Shown here: positions 1 to 8,703 of the stretch, in pieces | Position numbering within the stretch: the first letter of the stretch is position 1 | Layout of the letters: every line of letters starts with the position of its first letter | Origin: Mayamaea pseudoterrestris | Taxonomy: Eukaryota | Assembly: GCA_027923505.1 (NCBI GenBank) | Contig: BROI01000028.1 | Location: forward strand, 362,243-382,242 | Length of the DNA: 20,000 bases | Direction: 5' to 3' | The notes under the pieces: model-generated | What the model saw: only the letters and a program-made list of their open reading frames with translations | Databases searched by the model: none | What the model was told of the DNA's origin: nothing | Made by a program: the position numbers and the translations under genes

Positions 1-471
1 GGAAAGCTTGTATCGGTGGGTTACTTTCACACTCGCGGAGAGACGCCCCGCCACTTTCAGTTTGACGCAAGTGGTCAGTATCTGCTCGTGGCCAATCAAG
101 ACTCTGACTCGATTGCAGTTTTCAACTTTAACTTGTCCAGCGGGGACCTGAAATACACGGGCAACGAGTATCGCGTTCCATCTCCCAACTTTGTCTGCTG
201 CTGCCCCATGCAGCGGGATGACGAAGCGGAGGACCCTGCGGATGACCACGTCGTCACCAACATTTGCTTGGTCGACAACAAGGCGGGCAGTGTGGCTTCC
301 TCGGGTGAGGAAGAGTCTGACAATTCTTGCGTCATGGCGGTCGAAGCGCAACCCAACAAGCAGCAGGAGCATGCGTTGGAAAGCGAATTGAATCGCGCGC
401 GCCAAGAGATTGACGACCTCAAAAAGCAGCTTGCAGAGCTGCGTGTTGTTGGCACCACTTTGGTAGAATAG
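1..471 (+). CDS. 3' part of a lactonase / 6-phosphogluconolactonase-like (cycloisomerase-2 family) beta-propeller protein, with acidic linker and C-terminal coiled-coil tail; 5' end lies outside the window
   Basis: Frame is open from base 1 (GKLVSVGYFHTRGETPRHFQFDASGQYLLVANQDSDSIAVF...PSPNFV). G.TPR.F...G..L.VANQ.S..I.VF matches the last blades of the Pgl/YbhE lactonase family. Stop TAG at 469-471. Confidence 0.8.
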   Translation, partial: GKLVSVGYFHTRGETPRHFQFDASGQYLLVANQDSDSIAVFNFNLSSGDLKYTGNEYRVPSPNFVCCCPMQRDDEAEDPADDHVVTNICLVDNKAGSVASSGEEESDNSCVMAVEAQPNKQQEHALESELNRARQEIDDLKKQLAELRVVGTTLVE

Positions 472-728
472 AGGTTATTGCTTGACAGTGGAAGCAGCAG
501 GGTAGTTTGGTGTATGCGTGATAGTCTACCGGCGTGAGATTCCAAGGTATATGCACGTATTTAACAGAGAATAGTGAAGGCGTTTTAATTAGAAAGGCAA
601 CATAAAAATCATTTGTAGTGGCGCGAGGATGTTTGCCATTGCTACTTGTACATGTAACCTCTTAGCGATATGCCATGCTACATAACTATGCGCAGACAGA
701 AAGACTCCGTACGTATATTGTATGGTTT

Positions 729-1271
729 TTAAGATAGCTTTGGCTCTGGTCCACCGAAAAAGTAATGCTCACAGAGATCCTTGATATTTTGCTTCCTCAT
801 GGCGCCTTCGATTCTTCCTTTCAAGACAGCCTTGGCTCCATCGGTTCCAGCTTCGTCTTTACCATCTGCTTCATACTTGTCCAAAAACAACAATGTTGGA
901 AGTCCCATAATGCTTAGTCGCGCCGCCATGGCTTCGTCCTTGTCGGTATCAAGTTTGACGAATCGCACCTTGCCCTTGAGTTCCTGCGCGGCCGACTCAA
1001 ACTCGGGCGCCATGAGTAGGCAGGGTCCGCACCAAGTGGCGTAAGCGTCCACGACGAGGGGCAACTCCCATTCCTGTAGCATGACTTCCAACTCTTCGCC
1101 AGAAACGAGTGGGGCAGCCTTTGTATCTTCCGACGAGGACGCAGCGAAGAATTGGCGATTGGTCGAAATGCGTTGCTTTGCACTAGGCGACTGTAGCGTG
1201 ACAAATCCATTAGCTGCGACTGAGCATAGCAGTAGCACCTGAAGGACTGATGCTGCTAGAGAGGATACCAT
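729..1271 (-). CDS. Thioredoxin, Trx-z/CITRX-like, probably plastid-targeted
   Basis: Intronless 180-aa ORF with a WCGPC active site in the context PLVVDAYATWCGPCLLMA...VKLDTD...GLPTLLF, resembling plant Trx z. Hydrophobic signal peptide ends in ANG-FV (ASAFAP-like), followed by a Ser/Arg-rich transit-like stretch. Confidence 0.85.
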   Translation of the reverse strand: MVSSLAASVLQVLLLCSVAANGFVTLQSPSAKQRISTNRQFFAASSSEDTKAAPLVSGEELEVMLQEWELPLVVDAYATWCGPCLLMAPEFESAAQELKGKVRFVKLDTDKDEAMAARLSIMGLPTLLFLDKYEADGKDEAGTDGAKAVLKGRIEGAMRKQNIKDLCEHYFFGGPEPKLS

Positions 1272-1691
1272 GGTAGATTGTTCCGCAAACTCTTGGTCGG
1301 TTCGTTAGCTTGCATAGCTTGCATTCACAGTCAACGATCGACTCATCGTCGACTGCCGACCATCTTCAACGAGCGCGCGAATGGAAGCTGATGTCGGAGT
1401 GGGAATGAAAAGACATTTTTTGATATCGCTCACAATGACCCTTGCAACACACTCGGCGCTTCGCAATTCCACGACCAGAACAGTCCAGTCAGGTGAGAAT
1501 TAGTTCAAGGACGAGTTTTGTTATGGTGATGAGAGAGTACTGTCGCGTGCTTGTGGGGATCCGGCAATTGTCTTGTGCCATTATTTTTACTCGAGATTAT
1601 GGCCTCGGGTCGAGACGCCTTCGCGACTGTGAGCTCAACCACGGAAGGAACAACCTCATCATCTCGCTAATCACTGCTGCCTTTAACCATC

Positions 1692-2854
1692 ATGTCATCT
1701 CCTTCGACAGTGCAAGAAGAAGAAGAAAAGTTAGATTCTAGCATGCCGGAGCTGATTGACTTTGACTCCAAGAGCGACAATCCTCGATCCATCGTCGAGG
1801 ATGACTCATCGCGCTTCGTCAACAAGATTATTGTTATTACTGGAGCTGGAGGAATGCTGGGACGCGAGGGATGCATATTCTTTTGCAAACGAGGAGCAAG
1901 GGTGGCAGCCTTGGATCAAGATAAGGCCGGGTTGAAGGAAACCTTTCTAGCGCTACAGACGGAACTGGGACATGAAGGTGCGTAGTAGTTTATAGTGGAG
2001 CTAAAGTAGAGCGAGATTAGAGCAGGCGCCTGTCCTGTCGACTTGCTTTTGAAGTAGCCTTTAACTCAAAACTCTGCCGCTTTACACGCACAGACTTTGA
2101 TTTCAAAACATACGCGTGCGATGTAACAGATGCACAGCAAGTTGCTGAGACGGTGGACTCGATTGTTGAGCGCTTCGGCCGGATAGACTGCCTTTGGAAC
2201 AATGCTGGCTATCAAGGCAAGATTCAGCAGCTACTAGATTACGATGTTGTCGACTTTGAGCGCGTCATGAAGATTAATGTTACAGGTAAGATTGTATGGA
2301 GTGCAGCCGTGCAGCCTGTTGTCTAATGTTGATATCGGCTCGATGCTCAATTCGCTGACGCCTTCGCCTCTTCTACTTGTTCTTGACCAGGCATGTTCAT
2401 TGTGCTCCAGGCATGTGCCCGCCACATGGCAAAGAATGCCGACGGAGCTCGATACTCTATCGTCAACACGTCATCCGTGGCCGGCATGCGAGGAACACCC
2501 GCCATGGTTGCCTATGCTAGCAGCAAGGCGGCGGTACTATCCATGACCATTTGCGCCTCCAAGGAATTGGCCCCCAACAATATTCGAGTCAATGCCGTCA
2601 GCCCAGCGTTGATTGGACCAGGCATGATGTGGGATCGACAGAATCGACTGCACGCCGAATCCGGAAGTCCCTACTTTGACAGCGATCCAGAAAAGGTGGG
2701 ACAGGCAAAAATAAACGGAGTTCCGCTCAAGCGGCTTGGCACCGTGGAGGAAGTCGTCAATGTTGTCGCCTTTTTGCTGAGCGATGACTCGAGCTATATG
2801 ACTGGAAGCAACTTGGTTGTGGATGGTGGAATGGCTGGGGGTCTTCGGGCGTAA
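1692..2854 (+). CDS. Classical short-chain dehydrogenase/reductase (SDR); exons 1692-1977, 2094-2285, 2391-2854
   Basis: TGAGGMLG Rossmann motif (exon 1), CDVTD and NNAG (exon 2), NTSS, YASSK catalytic motif, IRVNAVSP and VVDGG (exon 3). GT-AG introns 1978-2093 and 2286-2390 join the exons in frame. Confidence 0.9.
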
Positions 2855-3155
2855 TGACGCCATTGGTGTGTCGTTGTTGCTATTTCCTTCACTTCTTACT
2901 CTAGAAGTGTTGGGCTAACTTAGCTCATCTCATAGACTCATTTTATAAGCGATTCTTTGTACTAGCGAGTAAAGAATTGTATAGCCTGATAAGCTCGACT
3001 ACAGCTGATAGATCGTGTCGCTCCGCAACTCACTCTCCTCACCATTGGTTCTTGTGCTTTCGGAAACGGACGGCTGCGAGCGGCAGTCGACGACAGCCCA
3101 TGAATGATGGGCTGCGAATCGCGATGAGTGGCCATCCCACATCTCACCCGAGACG

Positions 3156-4854
3156 ATGAGCGAAGAAGAAAAGCCTAGGTATGAATGAAGGATGCACTGC
3201 ACTGTATAGTTTCAAGTCGGGACGTGAAGAGGCATAGCTACGCTGAGTGCACTAGCGATGCTCCTTCGATCGATTTTCATTGTCCACGTTTGCGCGCGGA
3301 GGGTTATGGGTTGCATTTTCTGTGCTGCAGTCGCCTGACATGCACTGCTTTCTCCTTTGTTGTAACGCAGTGAGCAACCTCCAGCTGAGAATGGAGGTGA
3401 AGGAGGTGGACCTCCTGAAGATGGCGGCCTGACGGACGCCGACTTTGAGTCCAATTGGGATGAAACGACTGAGACGTTTGACGCCATGGAGTTGCCCGAG
3501 GAGCTTTTGCGTGGAATTTTCAGCTACGGTTTTGAGAAACCTTCGGCTATTCAGCAGCGAGCGATCAAGCCAGTCATGCTTGGAAAGGATTTGATTGCTC
3601 AAGCGCAGTCTGGAACGGTGAGTTAGCAAGGGCAAGAGATGAGAAAGTGGTGCTGTCGGAATGCATTCTTTCGCGCACGCACTCGTATGCATTGACTCAA
3701 GGAAGGATGAAACAAGTTAAACACCATCTTTCGAGTCTGAATAGAGTCATCCTCGACGTGTCTGACAATCTTAACTCGAAATCAGACCTTGGAGACAGCA
3801 TGCTATTAAATGTGTCGGCAGTGGCATTCTTAACTAGTGTTTGCTCACCTCTCCTACTTCTCCTATTTACTTTTAGGGTAAAACGGCGACTTTTGCGGTC
3901 GGGACTCTTGCCAAGGTCGACCCCAAGCTCAAGGAATGCCAAGCGCTTATCCTTGCCCCGACGCGCGAGCTGGCACAGCAGATTCAAAAGGTTGTGCTTG
4001 CCCTTGGCGACTACATGGACATTGCGGTGCATGCCTGCGTCGGAGGAACGGCAGTGCGGGACGACATTCGCACCTTGAACGATGGTGTTCATGTTGTTGT
4101 TGGAACACCTGGTCGCGTCTTTGACATGATCAATCGTCGCGCTCTTCGACTCGACAGCATTAAGCAGTTTATGCTCGACGAGGCCGACGAGATGCTTTCC
4201 CGTGGATTCAAGGATCAAATCTATGACATTTTCAAGTTTTTGCCCGAAACCGTTCAAGTGTGTCTTTTCTCGGCTACCATGCCTTTGGAAGTTCTTGAAG
4301 TGACGGAGCGATTCATGCGCTCGCCAGTCCGCATCCTTGTCAAGAAGGATGAGCTTACGCTCGAAGGTATCAAGCAGTTTTACATTGCGGTTGAGCGCGA
4401 GGACTGGAAGCTTGACACACTCTGCGATCTTTACGAGACGTTGACCATTACGCAGGCGATTATCTACTGCAACACGCGGCGTAAGGTTGACTGGCTTCGG
4501 GACGAGATGCAGGCTCGCGACTTTACCGTCTCATGCATGCACGGAGACATGGATCAGCGCGAGCGTGATATCATTATGCGAGAGTTTCGTACCGGCTCGT
4601 CTCGTGTATTGATCACGACGGATCTTTTGGCTCGTGGTATTGATGTTCAACAGGTGTCGTTGGTCATTAACTTTGACCTACCGACGAATCGCGAGAATTA
4701 CATTCATCGTATCGGTCGTTCCGGACGATTTGGTCGTAAGGGTGTGGCGATTAACTTTCTCACAGAGGGTGATGTTCGTTATCTTCGTGATATTGAGCAG
4801 TTTTACACCACGGAGATTACGGAAATGCCGCAGGATGTTGCCGATTTGATCTAA
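3156..4854 (+). CDS. eIF4A: Eukaryotic translation initiation factor 4A (DEAD-box RNA helicase); exons 3156-3178, 3371-3617, 3877-4854
   Basis: Q motif [21 protein letters not shown] split by intron 3618-3876, then PTRELA, TPGRV, DEAD, SAT, ARGID and [13 protein letters not shown]. Intron 1 (3179-3370, GTATGA...GCAG) joins a short MSEEEKPS exon in frame; this first exon is less certain. Confidence 0.95.
3696..3794 (+). ncRNA. Candidate intronic box C/D snoRNA (SNORD2/snR39B-like LSU rRNA methylation guide) in eIF4A intron 2
   Basis: C-like box AGGATGA (3704-3710). Antisense element CACCATCTTTCG (3722-3733) is complementary to conserved LSU rRNA CGAAAGATGGTG and is followed by a CTGA box at 3737-3740. 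Further CTGA at 3762-3765 and CAGA at 3783-3786. Flanking CAAGG/CCTTG can form a terminal stem. Confidence 0.65.
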
Positions 4855-4954
4855 TGCAAACGCGGGTAATAGGGCGCGCTAAGAAATGATAGTATATGTA
4901 TTAATGTTTCTCATTGATATCATTGTAAAATGTAAATATGCTTGAGCTGCATGT

Positions 4955-5857
4955 TTAATAGTGCGTTTCCTTGTCTTCAGGTTTGAGTGGTTCCTCGCCA
5001 CTGTTTGAAATCGTCACGACTTCCACAGGCTTGCCGCCATAAGTTCCCTTTGCTTCCACCTGCTCGAGCAAGTCATGTCCTTCAAGTACAACGCCAAAAG
5101 CTACATGCTTGTCATTCAGCCATTGCGTCTTGACTAGTGTAATGAGAAACTGGCTTCCATTGCAGTTTCGCTCGCCGCAATTGCTCATGGAAAGCATGTA
5201 GGGCCGATTGTGGTTCACTTCAAATGACTCGTCCTCAAATGGATGACCAAAAATGGACTCGCCACCAACGCCGGTGCCATGTGTAAAATCTCCGCCTGTA
5301 GAAAAATGAAAGTGAAGGAAGCTTGTTGAGATGATCAAGTAAATTATGGAACAGTTTGCGTATTCGTCACAAACTTTCGTACACCACCAATACCGATGCT
5401 AGCATGATTCATCCATACCTTGAATGAAAAAATCTGGAATAATTCGATGAAACGTTGTGCCCTTGTAGCAAAGCTCCTTGCCCGACTTTTGGCCGACGCC
5501 TACATTACACTTGGCCAAGCCGAGAAAATTTTCTACAGTCTTCGGGGTCGTCTTGCCAAACAAGCCAAAGACAATCTTCCCAATATTTTGGCCTGCTACT
5601 TCAATTTCAAAAAATACGCGATGCGTAATCTCTGGTAATGTTCTGCAAGTGTGAAATAGGCGAGTGTTGTGCGACAAAGAGGTGAGCAGGCGACACAAAA
5701 TGACGTGTCGCTTCATCTCCGCGTTTCATGGTCCAACTCACGGAATTGGGTCCATTAGCGGCGGAATCGCCTTTTTCATTGGCACCTCATGGCCTGCACA
5801 TGCTCTCCAGAGAGAGACTACAAGTAGGGTCCTGCAACAGCGCCGCATCGTGCCCAT
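4955..5857 (-). CDS. Cyclophilin-type peptidyl-prolyl cis-trans isomerase (CypB-like, possible signal peptide); exons 5857-5742, 5642-5419, 5295-4955
   Basis: ITHRVFFEI, GLFGKTTPKTVENF, YKGTTFHRIIPDFFIQG/GDFTHGTGVGGESIFG, NGSQFLIT, WLNDKHVAFGVVLEG. GT-AG introns 5741-5643 and 5418-5296 give an in-frame join. Start may be 5857 or 5848. Confidence 0.9.
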
Positions 5858-6053
5858 GTTGAATTGTGTCGGACGAGCGACGAGGGACGACTCGGAGGCT
5901 CGGAGGCACGCCGGCGTGCGTTGGAAGCCATGCTCGTGCAAGCCTGGCAGGCGCGCATGGCACTTCCAAATGCACATGCAGAATATACCGGTATGGTGGC
6001 AAGCTTAGTACACCAAGACTTACTTCATTTGGTATGTAGAAGTGTATTGATTA

Positions 6054-6369
6054 CTAATCCTGATGGCTTGCTCCAACTGACTGCATAATATAAGTGCTTG
6101 GAAACAAACTGGGAGCTACAGAGGGTGACAAGCTTGGTGCTGCACTGGGAAGGGCACTGGGAAGGAGACTGGGTCCTGTGCCAGGTGAGTCACTGGGCTT
6201 GGCACACAGATCACTTGATGGCAAACTTGATGGCAAGCTGCTGGGTTGGGTACTTTGAGCCAAACTTGGAGCTACAGAGGGTAACAAGCTTGATGCTGTA
6301 CTTGGAAGGAAACTGGGTCATGCGCTAGGTGACTCACTTTGGGCTTGGCACTTGGATCACTTGACAGAG
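6054..6369 (-). pseudogene. Degenerate Pro/Ser-rich (PSxxPS) mucin-like repeat remnant with an internal ~156-bp duplication
   Basis: Minus strand reads PSVAPSLAQSTQPSSLPSSLPSS...PSALPSAAPSLSPSVAPSL. CAAACTGGGAGCTACAGAGGGTGACAAGCTTG at 6105 recurs as CAAACTTGGAGCTACAGAGGGTAACAAGCTTG at 6261. No convincing start; the upstream side abuts the satellite. Confidence 0.45.
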
Positions 6370-8363
6370 CATCATTATTCCATCTGCGCTACAAGATGGT
6401 TTGCCTGGCTGGTGACTTAGTAGACTGCAATGAGATTGGTGACAAGTTGTCACCAGTCTCAGCCCGCAGATGCCGTGACATTCAAACGCCCCTACAGCAA
6501 GCCCTGTAGGTGCCCAAAATACACCAGAATGGTGCCAACATCATTATTCAGGCTGCGCTACAAGATGGTATGCCTGGCTAGTGTCTCAGGGGATGGCAAT
6601 GTATTTGGTGACAACTTGTCACCAGTCTCAGCCCGCAGATGCCGTGACATTCAAACGCCCCTACAGCAAGCCCTGTAGGTGCCCAAAATACACCAGAATG
6701 GTGCCAACATCATTATTCAGGCTGCGCTACAAGATGGTAGGCTTGGCTGGTGTCTCAGGGGATGGCAATGTATTTGGTGACAACTTGTCACCAGTCTCAG
6801 CCCACAGATGCCATGACATTCAAATGCCCCCACAGCAAGCCATGTGAACATCCAAATTACACCAGAATGATGCCAACATCATTAATCAGGCTGCGTTAGA
6901 TGATGGTATGCTTGATTAGTGTCTCAGGGGATGGCAAGTCTCAGCCTGCAGATGCCGTGACATTCAAACGCCCCTACAGCAGGCCCTGTAGGTGCCCAAA
7001 TGACACCAGAATGGTGCCAACATCATTATTCAGGCTGCGCTACAAGATGGTAGGCCTGGCTGGTGTCTCAGGGGATGGCAATGTATTTGGTGACAACTTG
7101 TCACCAGTCTCAGCCCGCAGATGCCGTGACATTCAAACGCCCCTACAGCAAGCCCTGTAGGTGCCCAAAATGCACCAGAATGGTGCCAACATCATTATTC
7201 AGGCTGCGCTACAAGATGGTATGCTTGGCTGGTGTCTCAGGGGATGGCAATGTAATTGGTGACAACTTGTCACCAGTCTCAGCCTGCAGATGCCGTGACA
7301 TTCAAACGCCCCTACAGCAGGCCCTGTAGGTGCCCAAAATACACCAGAATGGTGCCAACATCATTATTCAGGCTGCGCTACAAGATGGTAGGCTTGGCTG
7401 GTGTCTCAGGGGATGGCAATGATATTGGTGACAACTTGTCACCAGTCTCAGCCCGCAGATGCCGTGACATTCAAACGCCCCTACAGCAAGCCCTGTAGGT
7501 GCCCAAAATACACCAGAATGGTGCCAACATCATTATTCAGGCTGCGCTACAAGATGGTATGCTTGGCTGGTGTCTCAGGGGATGACAATGTATTTGGTGA
7601 CAACTTGTCACCAGTCTCAGCCCGCAGATGCCGTGACATTCAAACGCCCCTACAGCAAGCCCTGTAGGTACCCAAAATACACACAAATGGTGCCAACATC
7701 ATGATTCAGGCTGCGCTACAAGATGGTAGGCCTGGCTAGTGTCTCAGGGGATGGCAATGATATTGGTGACAACTTGTCACCAGTCTCAGCCCGCAGATGC
7801 CGTGACATTCAAATGCCCCTACAGCAGGCCATGTAGGTGCCCAAAATACACCAGAATGGTGCCAACATCATTATTCAGGCTGCGCTACAAGATGGTATGC
7901 CTGGCTAGTGTCTCAGGGGATGGCAATGATATTGGTGACAACTTGTCACCAGTCTCAGCCTGCAGATGCCGTGACATTCAAACGCCCCTACAGCAGGCCC
8001 TGTAGGTGCCCAAAATACACCAGAATGGTGCCAACATCATTATTCAGGCTGCGCTACAAGATGGTAGGCTTGGCTGGTGTCTCAGGGGATGGCAATGTAT
8101 TTGGTGACAACTTGTCACCAGTCTCAGCCTGCAGATGCCGGGACATTCAAACGCCCCTACAGCAAGCCCTGTAGGTACCCCAAATACACCAGAAGGGTGC
8201 CAACATCATTATTCAGGCTGCTCTACAAGATGGTAGGCTTGGCTGGTGTCTCAGGGGATGGCAATGTATTTGGTGACAACTTGTCACCAGTCTCAGCCGC
8301 AGATGCCGTGACATTCAAACGCCCCTACAGCAAGCCCTGTAGGTGCCTAAAATACACCCAAAG
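6370..8363. repeat. 169-bp tandem satellite, left arm (~12 units)
   Basis: GGTGACAACTTGTCACC recurs at 6607, 6776, 7089 and onward at a 169-bp period. One unit counted by hand has 88/169 G+C (~52%). The first unit is diverged, and one unit near 6937 has a 25-bp deletion. Confidence 0.97.
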
Positions 8364-8692
8364 TGACACGATAATATCAGACGAACCTTTATTCCAGCGA
8401 CTACAATGGACTCGGAGCGATCAACCTCTTCGTCCAGCGTAAAGCAAACAAACAAACTCAATTGCTAGAATAGTGCATGTTACTCGCTACTCTACTCGTG
8501 CGCTTCTTTCTCGTTCTCACTGGGTTCACGGTCGAGGTTCACGCCTCGATCGTCAGCGATTTCACTCATGTATGTGAGGATTCGGTCACAAGTGTGACTC
8601 AACCCTGCACAGGATTAAATGCATACAAAACACAGGTAGCTAACCGTCTTGTCATGAGACGCAGGTCAACTCAACTCAATAATATTGTGTCA
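8364..8692 (-). repeat. 3' LTR (329 bp)
   Basis: Begins TGACAC and ends GTGTCA (terminal inverted repeat). Matches 14831-15159 except one base (G8656 vs A15123). Confidence 0.97.
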
Positions 8693-8700
8693 TCCCCCTT
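8693..8700 (-). other. Polypurine tract (plus-strand primer) of the retrotransposon
   Basis: Minus strand reads AAGGGGGA directly before the TG of the 3' LTR; the pol stop codon (8704-8706) lies just upstream. Confidence 0.8.
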
Positions 8701-8703
8701 GAT

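Noticed and set aside
3179..3370. Possible second snoRNA in eIF4A intron 1 (192 bp; contains GTGAAGA and CTGA)
   Set aside because: I could not identify a convincing box C plus rRNA-complementary guide or terminal stem by eye; an Rfam or snoscan search would be needed.
3697..4257. 186-aa minus-strand ORF
   Set aside because: Antisense shadow of the conserved eIF4A exon and intron.
6110..6140. Similarity of the Pro/Ser-repeat DNA (GCTACAGAGGGTGACAAGCTTG) to satellite words, suggesting the satellite arose from it
   Set aside because: Only two short word matches, spaced differently from the monomer; compatible with chance.
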